Assembly (NCBI GenBank): GCA_048213135.1
Contig: PS015421.1
Span: 1-64,000, forward strand
Origin: Reclinomonas americana ATCC 50394
Taxonomy: Eukaryota
Direction of reading: 5' to 3'
Length of the DNA: 64,000 nt
A model generated the notes under the pieces. It made no database searches. It had not been told where the DNA came from and saw only the letters and a list, made by a program, of their open reading frames with translations. The position numbers and the translations under genes were made by a program. The stretch's first letter is position 1, and each line of letters starts with the position of its first letter. Positions 52,023 through 64,000 of the stretch are shown one piece after another.

Positions 52023-52506
52023 CTGTGTGTGTATACACGTGTGTCTGTGTCTCTCTATACATGCGCACACAGTGCGTGTGTGAGTGTGTGTGCGCATGCT
52101 CGACAATGTCCACACACTCACACTCTCACTCTCTCTCCACCAGGCGTGGCCGTGATGAACAACGACGGACACATTGTGGAAGTTGCGTCTCTCTTTGCTT
52201 CCTTCTCTTCCTTTGCCTCCACAGCAATCTCATTGGAGAGCATGTGTGCAGAAATCTGGCGAGGTGTCGGAGGACGACGCACAGCAGATCTTTATGCTGC
52301 TGCAAGACACACACAGCTTGTTGAGCACGGTCGGTGATCCGTCGCTGCAACGTGTCACCAGTTGCGACTACGTGTGATGAGAAAAAAAAAAGGAGAAATC
52401 ACTCTTTGATTCACCCTCTTTTCCGATTGCAGTCTCGTTCCGTGCCGCGTCGTATGTCATCACCATGGGCAACGATCGGATATACGTGGTCAAGAAGCGC
52501 TTGTGA
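51755..52506 (+). CDS. LAMTOR4: Ragulator complex subunit LAMTOR4
   Basis: LEAVHNQIGVAVMNNDGHIVE|KSGEV...LQRVTISFRAASYVITMGNDRIYVVKKRL* resembles the LAMTOR4 roadblock fold. Alternative in-frame ATG at 51897. Confidence 0.8.
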
Positions 52507-52595
52507 TGGAGCTGGTGTTTTGTTTTGTGGGTGATCTGTGTGGAGAACCTCTTGAGAGAGGGGGAGGGGAGAGAATTAACCGAGTTGTGTGTCAT

Positions 52596-53666
52596 TCATT
52601 TGTCGCTTCCGGTCATGTGTACATCGCCGCGGCCTCCTCCACTTGCTCCTCCACCGCCGCCTCCTCCCGCTATTGCGGAAGATGCGGAGGCTGATGAGGG
52701 TCCGGTGGAGGAGCCATTCGCTGCTGATGCTGCCGCCGCTGCTGCTGCTGCTGCGGCTGCTGCTTGCGCGGCCGCCTGCTGTTGCATCTGCTGCTGTGTG
52801 GTGGTGGAGGAGGAAGAGGAGGAGGACGACCCGGATGTTGGCCAGCCTTGGATGTGCATGAGGTAGCGCAGGTTGCGGTCGAGATTCTTCATGTTGCTGC
52901 GCTTGGGATCGTTGGAGCCGACAGTCTGCGTGGCGAGGTGAGAGCGATGATGCGATGGGGAGCAGGGACCGCAGACACGCGCAACTACAATGTTGACTGA
53001 GGCACACTTGGGCGGCAAGTGCAATCCGTTGTCCTTGAGTTGGGTGCGGAGATCGGTGACCAGGCTGTCCAGGTGACTCTTGTCTGCGTCGAGGGCATGA
53101 GATGGAAGGAATCAAGAGGCGGCGGAGCGAAGAGCAAACGTAGCGCAACGCTCAAAATCAAGCGAGGTGAAGCCGCAGTCAAAGGCCGAGTCGCTGGGAT
53201 GAGAGACGTGAGAACCCCGGAAAGTGTGAGGAGAGAGAGAGAGAGAGAGACGACACGGGACGAAACATGGCATCAAACAGGGCGGTAGCCTCGGTGCGCG
53301 TCTGCTCCAACAGGGCGCGAGCCTTCTCCACCGCCGTCACATCACGATCGCACGTGTTGTCTTCGCGCTGCCGGCACATGTTCTCAAACTGCAGTCTCCG
53401 CTGCTTATCCTGCACCAGCACCAGTGAGCCGACACAAAAATGGACTGCCGCCCTCACTGCACGCAACAAACGGCGGCGCCTGTGCTTGCGGAACGGTGTT
53501 AGGAGCGCGCATTGCCAGTGCTTGTTGCTGCTGCTGTTGCTGTTGTTGCTGTTGCTGTTGTAGCTGCTGCTGCTGTATCTGTAGTTGTTGTTGTTGTTGT
53601 TGCTGCTGCTGCATTTGTTGTTGTTGCTGCTGCTGCTGTTGTTGTTGTTGTTGTTGTTGTTGAATG

Positions 53667-53711
<45 letters not shown>

Positions 53712-53756
53712 TGTTGCTGTTGCTGTTGTTGCTGCTGCTGCTGCTGAGGGTGCATG

Positions 53757-53788
<32 letters not shown>

Positions 53789-54219
53789 GTGGATGGCGGC
53801 GAGCTGCTGTTGGTAGATTTGCTGCTGCTGCTGCTGCTGCTGTTGCTGCTGCTGGTGTTGTTGCTGTTGCTGCATGTACTGCTGCTGCTGTTGTTGTTGC
53901 TGCTGTTGCTGCTGTTGTTGTTGATACTGCGCAGCGGTCACTCGTGCCGCTTGCTGCTGCGGCTGTACCTGCTGCTGAACCGGCTGCTGCACTTGCTGCA
54001 CGGGTTGCTGCTGCACTGGCTGCTGCTGCGTCGTATAGTACTGCATCGGCTGCGGCGCAACCATGGTCTGCGACGCGGTCGGCGTCGCCGCAGTCGCCAC
54101 CACCTGGCCCCTCGGCATCGCCGCCATGTACTGTGGCGTCGACGGCGCCGCATACGTGGCAGGCGACTGGTTCTGCTGTGGAGGCTGCTGCGGCACCGGC
54201 GGCGGTGGCTGCTGTAACC

Positions 54220-54259
<40 letters not shown>

Positions 54260-54386
54260 CATGGCTTGCCACTGCACCGCGAATCACACTGTCAATCACA
54301 TCGATTCGCACACACATCGACACACACGCGCACCTGTTGCTGTTGCTGCTGTGGATGTTGTTGTTGCACTGGCTGCTGCTGTTGCT

Positions 54387-54423
<37 letters not shown>

Positions 54424-54723
54424 ATAATACGCTGCTGCTACAGCTGCTGCGTGTTGTTGTTGCTGCTGTTGTTGTTGCTGTTGTTGCTGTTGTTGTTGGT
54501 GAGTCACCGCCATGAACGCTGCTGCTGCTTGCTGCGCTGTGTTGGAGCCATAGTGTGGTTGTGGTTGTTGTTGTTGTTGTTGAGGTGGTGCCTGCGCAAC
54601 CACAGCTCCATATTGTGGCGGCACTGTTGTCGGCGGAGGTCCGTGTGTGTGCGCAACAGGAGGCGGGGGAGGAGGTGGAGGGAGCGGCGGCTGAGCGTAT
54701 GTTGGCGTGTATGGGTAACTCAT
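52596..54723 (-). CDS. Very glutamine-rich hypothetical protein
   Basis: MSYPYTPTYAQPP start, mixed CAG/CAA tracts over two exons, short helical C-terminal region. No domain recognised. Confidence 0.7.
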
Positions 54724-54771
54724 CGCACAACGAGATGGAGTCCAACACGACCGACGCTTGTTGTCCTGCTT

Positions 54772-56209
54772 TCACTCAAGTCCCTTCTCGACTTCGCCGT
54801 CATCGTACTCTTCCTCTTCGCCTTCACCGCCACTGGTGTAGTCGAGGGCCTGTTCTGGCTCCACTCCACAGCTGTCGCTCGCATCATCTGCGTCGCGCGA
54901 CGGCGGCGCTCGCGGTGGCGAGCCCGACTGCAACTTGGCGAGGAACGACTCTTCGGTCCACCACCATCCGCCTTTGTCGCCGCCACCGGCCGCACGCAGA
55001 CCAGCCTCCAACAGCGAGCGCGCCGTGTCTTCCAGCAACTGTGGGCGGGCCACGTGGCGTCGCCAGTCGTCGGGAATGGCGTGCACACCGTAAAAGGCAC
55101 CGGCGAGTTGTCCGTAGATGGCGGCGGTGGTGTCCGAGTCGTTGCCGAGGTTGATCACCAGCAGGCATCCCTCCTCGAACGAGTCGGTGTTGAAGAAGGC
55201 CCACAGAGCGGCCTCCATGGCGGCAATGACAAAGCCGGTGCCGTAGACCTCGTCGCGACTCTTGGCCTTGTACGCGCCACGAGCCACGCCACGCACCCGG
55301 CCCTGCAGCTCGCGCTTCGGTTGCTTCCAGTAGCTGCGACCCAACTGTGCACAAGGGAACTGAGTCGTGCACCAAAGCGAGAGACACCAGCAGGAGGTGT
55401 CCACGCAACGACGCAAAACTCGGGCGACAACAGCTGCTTCTTGGTGCAGCCGGCGAGCGCTCCGACAATGAGACTGGAATAGTAGCGGCAGGCGTCGATG
55501 CACAGCGGACTGCGGTGCGTCGTGCAGCTGCTCTCACCGGCCTCCTCAATGGCGGCCTCGGCGCCCGACGCAAAGAAGAAGAGCGGTGCGGCACCGATCC
55601 GCATCAGCGATCCATTCCCCGAGTACTTGATATCGGTGCTGGCTCCGATCTTCGGATCGCGCTTGCCATGTCGACAGTAGCCCGACAACGCCGCACGAGT
55701 GGTGTTGCCAATGTCGAAGCAGCCGCGCTTGCTCGAGGCCAGATAGCCCTTTCCGTGTCGCCAGCGCAGATAGTGCGACAGCTGATTGTTCAAATCGGTG
55801 CCTCCGCACTCGACGAGCGAGGTGGCCAGGCACAGAAACATCGACGTGTCATCGGTCCACTCGCCCTTCTTCAAGTTGTGCGGGCCCCCGCCATTCATGC
55901 ACGTCACTGCCGGAAATACACATGTGAGCATACGAACCCACGCCAGCGCGGAAAGAAACCCAATGAGTGTGCACGCACCTGTGCGAAAGGAATTCCGCGG
56001 CTTGAACTCCACTTGCGCGCCAACAGCGTCGCCCGTGGCGCAACCAAACACACACCCGAGATATCGATCTGTACATGCATACAAATATGAGCCCGATCCA
56101 GTCAAGATGAGAGCAAGAAAACCAAGAACACACCAATGAGCGGCATGCCACCCGTCTCCAGTGTCTCATACGACACGCCACTGCCACTGCCACTGCTGCC
56201 ACTTGCCAT
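54772..56209 (-). CDS. ADP-ribosylglycohydrolase (ARH/DraG/Tri1 family)
   Basis: [67 protein letters not shown]. Confidence 0.93.
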
Positions 56210-56414
56210 TCTTCTCTCGCACAACGAAGCAAAGGGACAGACAGAGACGAACGTTGCATGCTCGCGCACGGCAACTGTCCACTTTCATCACACGCGCTCA
56301 TTTGTGAGAGACGCACGCTCTCTCGTGCGCGTTTCTCTCTCTCTCTCTTGTGTGTGTGAGTGTGTGTGTTTGTAAAGAGAGAGTGTGCGAGTGAGTGAGA
56401 GTGAGAGTGGTAAA

Positions 56415-56907
56415 ATGTCAGTGGCGTGCCCGAATGGGTGTGGAACGAGTGTGGAGAGTGAGTCTGCGTTGATTGCGCATCAGAGATGGTGTATCAAGGG
56501 ACGTGTTCCGTGTCCGTTTCAGAGCTTTGGGTGTGACTTGACAGTTGCGTTCGAGAAAACGACTTGTCTCTTGTCACGTGTTTTGCTCATTGTCATCATC
56601 ATCCAGTGTGCGCGTGATGAGCTTGGGCGGCATGAGCAGGAGGATATGCACTTTCACTTGTCGTTGCTGTGTGCCACGTTTCAGGAGCGGTGAGTGGTTG
56701 AGCGAGGAGAGTGAGAGGCAGAGGGAGAGAAGGGAGAGAGAGAGAAAGGCGAGGAAGTGGGAGTGAGGGGGACAGGGAGAGAGAGAAGGGTAAGAGTGTG
56801 TGCGTGAGAGAGAGATGGATGATGGAGAAAGGGCGAGGGAGGGAGAGAGACAGAGACAAAGAGAGAGTGAGAGGAAGAGGAGTAGAGAGAAGAGAGAGGA
56901 AACGAGG

Positions 56908-56938
<31 letters not shown>

Positions 56939-57051
56939 GGAAAGTGAAGGAGGAAAGGCGAGGAAGGGAAAGCGAGAGAGTGGTAGTTTGAGGGAGAAGG
57001 AGGAGATTGAGAGTTTGAGTTTGAGTAAGTGATCATGATCATGAGTGAATC

Positions 57052-57100
<49 letters not shown>

Positions 57101-57250
57101 TAGTAGGAGGAGGGAGGGAGTAGGAGAGTAGTTGTGAGGGNNNNNNNNNNNNNNNNNNNNGTACGTACGTACGTAGTACGTACGTAGTAGTAGTAGTAGT
57201 AGTAGTAGTTAGTAGTAGTAGTAGTAGTAGTAGTAGTAGAGTGAGTGTAG

Positions 57251-57301
<51 letters not shown>

Positions 57302-60300
57302 ACTTTGAGGAAGAGGGGGAGAGTGAGAGAAGTTTAGTGAGTGAGCGATCATGAGTGATTGTGATTTGAGGTCATCGTCGCAGCATCTCTCTCATCCTGT
57401 CTCTCCTCTCTCCTCTTCTTCTCTTCCAATCACTTCTCTCAACTCTTCTCTCCCCCTCTCCCTTCCATCTCTTCCCTCCCTCTCTTCTATTCTCTCTTCT
57501 CGTCTTCGCCCCATTCTCCCTGTCCTCGCTTCTCTCTTCTGTCCTTGCTTCTTCCCTCCCTCTCTCCTCTCGTCCCTTTCTCTCCTGAAACCTCTCCTTC
57601 TTCCCTCACTCTCTCCTCTCTCTTGTCTCCTCCCTCTCCCTTCTCCCTCCTCCCTCTCCTCCATTTGTCTCCCTCTTCCCTTCTCTTCTTGTCTCCTCCT
57701 TCTCCCTTGTCTCCTCCTTCTCCCCTCCTCTCCCCCCTTTCTCTCCTTCGCCCTCCCCCTTTCCCTTCTCCCCCCTCTGACGCCCTCTCCTTTTCCCAGC
57801 GACACCGAGTATCGCAAGATCATTGCGGAGAAGGACCAGATGGTGTCGGCGTTGCACCAGTCGGTGGTCGACTTGACGTCGGTGTTGCAGGATAAGGAGA
57901 GCACGATTGCGGAGCTGAAGAGCGGCTATCGCTCCATGCAGGACCTCATGTCACGACTCATGGTCTCTTGTCATCGTCATACCCTCTCCTCCTGTGCTGT
58001 CGCTCACTCCTCTCTCTCTTTGTGTTGTGCCAGACCGAGTCACAATCACAGGCACTGGCTGTGGCGCATCTGCAGGCCGCCGTGCACGGATCGGCAGTGG
58101 CGACAGCAGCGTCGGCGTCTGCGGCACCGGCATCACCACGCAAGCAGCAATCGCCGGCTCGATCGCAGAGTTTTGTAAATGTGCGCTCGTTGACGCCGGC
58201 GGCCGCGGCCGCGGCGACGCCACCACCGACAGGAAGCCTGTCTCCACGGTTGCGTTCGTCGAGCCGTGGTGGTGCGGACACGCCAGAGTCGCCGCGGGTC
58301 GGCAGCTTGCGGGATCTGTCGGCCGCCGGTATGGCACCGGCGGCGGCGGCGGCACCGACAGCGCTCTCGCCCGTCTCGGGAGCCATTGCGATTGCGCCTG
58401 CGGCGAATCGGCGCAGCAGCTTGGCCGAGGTGGCACCGCGCACGGCGTCTCCGAAAAAGGATCACGCCCGCGCCGAGGTATAGAGTGTGCTGTGTGTAGA
58501 CTCATTTGCAATCGCTGTTGCTGACCACTCATTGCATTCAACAGGCCCAATACCCACCTCGCAAAGCGCCCACCGCCGAAGCTCTCGTGCCCGCTGCTCC
58601 CTCCCCGTCACCTGGCGTTGGTGCCGAGGCCGCCACAGTGTCGTCGTTGCCGAGTCCGCGCCGACGTGGCAGTGGCGTTGCGGTGGCTGTTTCACCGACT
58701 GCGGCCGCCGCACTCAGTGCCTCGCAGTCGGCACCGCCGTCCATGGCTCTGGGTGCAGTTGTTGCGGCTGCCCCCGCAAGTGCCGCGCCGGTGCCACATC
58801 CAATCGTACCGACTCTGTCGCTGGCGTCGGCCGGTCTGTCGAGCCCCGTGAGCAACGCCAAGCATTCGCCTCGCATGTCACCACGCAGCATCTCGTCGGG
58901 CCGGCCACCAGTCGGTCTCACGGGCGGCAGTTCACCCCGCCACTTTGCCACTCAGTCGTCGTCGGTGGCGGTGGCGGTGGCAGTGGCGCCCGGCTCACCC
59001 GCTCCCGAGGTGACGGAGACCGTGTCGGACAGCGAGGCCCCGTTGAGTGCTGGCCGCCGACCACCACTCGGCACCTCGGCCGACCGTCCACGCACACCAC
59101 CTGCACAGCCGTCTGCGTCGCCCACGGTTTCCCCATTACGGCCGCGCACCGGCACTCCCATGCGTTCCAATCCCGAAACTCGTCGCAATATCATTAATCA
59201 GCTACACTCCAAAATCCCCCGCAAGACCGGCAGTCCGGTGCCGCCTGCAAGTGGCGACAGCGGCAGTGGCCTGACCAGTGTTCACACCGCCCCTCCAGGC
59301 CTGCTGCTGGCACAAATAAGAGAGGCGCAGGCGCAGGATGAGTCGCTGGCGGCGTCACCAGGTGAGCGGGTACTCTCGAAAGGTCCCACATATCCAGTTG
59401 TGTGGTCTCACGCGCCTTTCTTTTCCCCCGCGACAGACTTGCTACGTGTGAGTCGAATAAGTGGTGGAGGTGGTGCTGATGACGATGCGTCGGCGGGTGG
59501 CTCCGATCGGAGAGCATCGCTCAATTCGTCGTTTGAGAGCTCACTGGCAGACGATGGGCGGTCCTCGGCGCTCATGTCACTGCACTCTCCTCGGAGGAAT
59601 TCAGCGCGCGACATTGTGGCCAGCTCCATGGAGGAGCGGCGCGATCCGTCGCCTGAACTCGCCATTCCGCAAGTGTCGAGCCTGTTGCCACCGTCGGCCG
59701 AGCTGCAGCGTCGCTTGTCACATCAGAAATCGTTGCGTGCTGTGCGCACTTGTTGTGTTGTCGCTCACATGTCTCCTCACTTGTGACACACCAGACCAAC
59801 GAGCGCCGACTATACGGTTTTGTGCCCGACGTGTGGCCGCAAGGTTCCACTCGAGCGTTTTGAGAAGCACGAGCAAATGTGCCAGAAGAACGATTCAGCG
59901 GTGCGTGTGTGCTATTGGGGTGATGCGCAATAAGTGGTAATGGCGTCATCCTCAATCATCGTGCAGAAACGTGCCGTGTACGGCTCGGTAAGTTCGATTC
60001 CTAGTCCGGGCTCGGCCACCGGACCCGCCACCCCGCAGTCCAGCAGTGCGGCGAGCAGCGCCAGCAGTTCATCGTCAACAACACCAAGTGGCAATCCACC
60101 TGGGCCCACCTCCGCGTCCAGTCAGCCAGCCACATTACCGCGGCCCAAGGCGCACAGCAATGGTCGAACGGCGTCTGTGGGTGGCGCGGCTGCTACGGGC
60201 GACGGTCGCTCACCGCGCGCCTCACCACCCAGTAGTCCACCCACCACAGCATCGAGGCAGGCAAGGCAGAGCCCGCCACCTGCCAACGGGCGTGCTTCGG

Positions 60301-60668
60301 CGCGACCATTGTCGTTTAGTGGCAGCTCGCTGGCGGCCAGCAAGAACATGCCTGCGGATTCTGTTGTGCGGAGCAGCGGGTCAACCTCACCCACTGGATT
60401 TACACGTGCTGCTGGTGCCTCTGCATCGGCACTGCCGATGCCGGCCTCCTCAGCTCGTTCACCAACACGGCAACCCTCGTCGGCGACCGGCATTCCTTCA
60501 CTGTTGCGCTTTGGGAGTCTGTGTGTTTGATCCTCTCTGCCTTGTTTTTGCTGACGAGGACGCCGACATTGCAGCAGATCGGCCCAACAACGACTCGTCC
60601 GGTCATCGCGCCCCGTAAGTGCGTCGGGCAGCGGTGCGCCAGCCACCAACGGTAGCAGTAGCCGGTAG
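56415..60668 (+). CDS. TRAF-type zinc finger + coiled coil + Ser/Pro-rich protein with C2HC zinc finger
   Basis: VACPNGCG...H...C...VPCPFQSFGC...H...H, heptad region, CPTCGRKVPLERFEKHEQMCQK...KRAVYGS. Confidence 0.75.
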
Positions 60669-60790
60669 CAGTGGGTGGTGGTGGTGGAGGAGGCGGATGT
60701 ACGAAAAATACCCAAATGAGAATCGCGCACGATAGGCTCCACGAATGCAAGCTGAATCCAGTCATTTATGATAGATTTCGGTTCCAGCCG

Positions 60791-62890
60791 TCACACCTTG
60801 TAGTACGCTCCCATTCCCTGCGTATCGTCGTGATCTACCTTGGCTTGGGCCATGGACCGCTTACTGCCCGACCGTCGCCGACGCCGGCACCACCACTTAT
60901 CCCAACATGATGCCGAGATCTGCTGCACGTCGCCGCTGTCGCCGCGGTGCAACAGGGAGGTGGCCGAGTGCGTGCGACCCGAGGCCGTGTCGTCAAACGG
61001 GTCGCCGCCCGACTCGCCGTCATCGTCTCGCGTGAAGCTGTGCGGGCAGATGCGACGGCCGATTCCACGCACCAAATCGGTGAAGAGAGTGCGGCCGACT
61101 CGTCGCACACCGCGTCGGCTGCGATGCAAACCGCGACCCTCGCTCTTCAGCTGGTACACCAAGCGGTTGCAGTGTTGCGAGAGGCGGAAGCGCGGATACA
61201 GATCGCTCTGCATGCTCACGTAGACGTGCCGCTGAGCCTCGTCAAACGTGCGCGCATGTGTCCGTTTCTGCGCAAAGTCTTCCACAATGGCCGATCGCAG
61301 CACGTCTGCCCATGGGACGCCAGTGAGCAACTCGAGTCGCTGGTGACAGATGATGTGGTGTGCACACGCGTACCTGAAATGTTGATCTCTCGCATCGACC
61401 CGTCGGCAATGAACCTGTCGAAAATGCTCTGCGCCAGCCCCTCCCACGCCGGTGTGCCCTCTCTTCGGTGTAATTCGTCGACCTGCACATACACACACTC
61501 CCAGCATGAATCGACGAGCTGCAATGTGGGTGTGCGGCACCGCAGACGCAACAGCCAAGTAAAACATCAAGTTCTCCTCGGCATACGACTCCTCGAGGTA
61601 GGCCTCTGTGGACGCACACCCCGTGGTGAGAGAACACACATGAGAGAGAGAGAGAGAGAGTGAAAAGGAGAGAGAGAGCTAGAGGGAGAGAGACGAATGG
61701 AGAGAGAGAGAGGAGGGGTGCTCGTGTCGTGGAGGGAGAAAACACGCACCGAAATAAAAGAGACCGAGTGGGTCGCGAATGAGGTCCTTGACTTGCTTTG
61801 GTAATACCTGCACGGAGATGAGTGAGTGTGTTACTTGCAGGCGAGAAAGCCATGCAGCAGACCGTGGTCTCTGTGAGCCCAAACACCAGAGCAATTGCCA
61901 GACCTGCGACAATCGGAGGGTGAGGACAAGGACCTGAGCTTACCCTTCTTGTCTCTTTCTACTCCTCCTCCCTTCCATGTCCCCTCCTCTTTCTCTCCTT
62001 GTGCTATCCCCTCTTATCGTCCTTCTTCCGCTTTTCTCTCCCCTCTGTCACAATACGAAGGACATATAGCACTCACCGCTGAGGCCCTTCGAGACAACGG
62101 CAAACCACACCAACACGTTGGTGGCCGACGTGGCATCGACCGAGTCCATCAGGCGGTACGCCAGTGGGAACACCCAAAACGCCACAAAGAGCACAATGTA
62201 CCTGTTCCACAGGTGAGCACCACGACACGGACAAACGTGACTGGCCACCACGCCGCCACGCAACACAATGGTCTGCTTCTTGGCGCGGATGGTGGCCAGG
62301 TACACGGATGGCGGAATGGAGCCGAGATTGGGTGAGCCGCGGAGAATCATGGACATGCGCATGGCCGGCTGATCGCCGTTGCGTCGCGAGGCCACTGCAG
62401 CAGAATGATTGTGAAAATAAGCAACACAAGGCAATAAGGAATAGATACACTGCTGGAGCACGCAACGTGAGGTGCGGTTCGCGGCGCCATCGAGAATGTG
62501 CTGCTCAAAACCGTCAGAAGCAAGAACAAGGGAGATGAGTCGAAGAGGGCGGCTTTTGATACTCACCGAGCGGACCATCATCCACGACGCTTCGGTGGAG
62601 TTGCGCGGTTGTTCGGTTCGGGCTGCAGTGGTGGCGGGGGCTCGAGACGCCTCGCCTCGCGGCGTCGTGACCATCTCGGACATCTCCACTGAGCGGTCGA
62701 CGGCCAAGCGTGGCGTTGCGACAGGTGTCGCCGGCGCCGTCGGCGGCAGCAGCACCACGGTTGGGGGCGCAAATGTCACGGTGGCCTCGCGCCTCGGCGC
62801 CGCCGGTGATGTGGGGATGGAGGAGCTGGGATCGGTGGGACGCGGTGACATCATGGGCGACTCTGCCACGGCTCCAGTCGACAGTGCTGC
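60791..62890 (-). CDS. 7TM-RGS protein: ICL3, TM6-7 and RGS domain
   Basis: RYIVLFVAFWVFPLAYRL...KGLS|GLAIALVFGL, then LIRDPLGLFYF|EAYLEESYAEENLMFYLA...IFDRFIADGSMREINIS...FDEAQRHVYVSMQSDLYPRF. Confidence 0.85.
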
Positions 62891-63248
62891 GGGTGAGAGG
62901 GGGAAGGAGAAAGAGAGGGGGAAGGAGAGGGAGAGGGAGAGGGAGAGGGAGAGAAGAAGGGGAGGGGGAGGGAGGGGGAGAGGGAGAGGGAGAGGGAGAG
63001 GGAGAGGGAGAGGGAGAGGGAGAGGAGAGGAGAGGAGAGGAGAGGAGATGAGAGGAGAGGAGAGGAGAGGAGATGAGAGGAGAGNNNNNNNNNNNNNNNN
63101 NNNNATGGTCGCGACTTGTGTTCCTCGCCTCCTTTGCATACACTCTGCAAGCGGTGTTTGCTGTGTGGCGAGGCGCAGGAGGGTAATGAGCACCTCCTCC
63201 TCTCTCATTTACTCACAAGCTCTCTCTCACACACATATGTCTGCGCAG

Positions 63249-63891
63249 GCAAAGTGGATGCGCGGAGGCTGGTGCGCTCGACCACTACTCGAGCTTGGCG
63301 GTCATCACGTGGCAGATTACGATGGTCATTGCGGTGTACATGAATGTCATTCGACAGGTCCGCTATCACGACTCCTCCTTGTCTTCGGATCTGTGCTCAT
63401 TGCGCCTTTCGTGTGCCTTGGTGTGTGTGTATGTGTGTGTGTGTGTGTGTGTGTGTTTGTAGGATAAGCGCGTGTCGTCGTTCCGCTGGCACATGTACTT
63501 CACGGTGCTGTGCTATGGCCTCCCGCTGGTGGTGGTCGTGGTGCTGTACATTGTGCAGCGGACGACTGGAATCCTTGTGTATGGCTCGCCGGCCTCGGTC
63601 GATGACTGGTGTGTGTGTGTGCCATCTGTTGCTGATCATGCGTGTCTATGCGCTCTCTCACGTGTGACATGACGTAGGTGTTCCATTGGCAACGACAGCG
63701 CTGTGTTGCACATTTTCGGCGTGCTTATCTACACTGGCGTTGGCGAGGTCTTTACGCATTCCTCCGCCATGCGTTTGTGGATGCTTGTCTATCTCACGGT
63801 GCGCTCTTCTTTGCGCACGCAGGTTGTCTACGTTGTCGTGTGGATTGCTCTGGCTCGCTCGGCGTCACGCGCCAAGTCCATGATTATGAAG
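63249..63891 (+). CDS. GPCR-like TM3-TM5 exons; probable N-terminal part of the 7TM-RGS gene on an inverted contig
   Basis: CAEAGALDHYSSLAVITWQITMVIAVYMNV, LCYGLPL, ECL2 WCSI, TM5 ...VVYVVVW. Pattern of cAMP-receptor/GCR1-like GPCRs. Confidence 0.7.
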
Positions 63892-64000
63892 GTGAGTGAG
63901 TGAGAGAGAGAGAGAGAAAGAGAGTGTGTGTGTGTGTGTGTGAAGACGTGCCCATCAGCCTTCTTCTCACCGCACCAACTCACCCACGCTGACAACACGC

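Noticed and set aside
53424-55482. Long plus-strand poly-Ala/Leu/Cys ORFs
   Set aside because: Antisense shadows of the polyQ and ARH genes.

Overview
Gapped draft-assembly window from an intron-rich, microsatellite-rich unicellular eukaryote. QCR6 suggests aerobic mitochondria, and an RIIa+EF-hand radial-spoke-like gene suggests a flagellum. About 25 genes can be built by hand with the standard code. Recognisable ones: Cdc25, QCR6, SGT1, a TPR protein, a cystatin, SNRNP40, a RING-TKL kinase, a TmcB-like multi-PAS class III cyclase, a CUE/TMBIM protein, PIG-P, EEF1AKMT1, a homeodomain-PAS protein, an RSP7-like protein, LAMTOR4, an ADP-ribosylglycohydrolase, a TRAF-zinc-finger protein and a 7TM-RGS protein. 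No RNA genes, CRISPR arrays or transposases were recognised. The strongest unusual signal is a common second class of 5' splice site, H|GTTGCGT (G at +6 instead of +5, seen only after a non-G exon end). Other signals are very tight head-to-head gene pairs, locally born degenerate tandem arrays, and several unusual domain fusions. Four genes are split between strands at N-gaps, most likely because contigs were mis-oriented. All exon models and protein identities come from manual reading and motif recall, with no database or RNA support.
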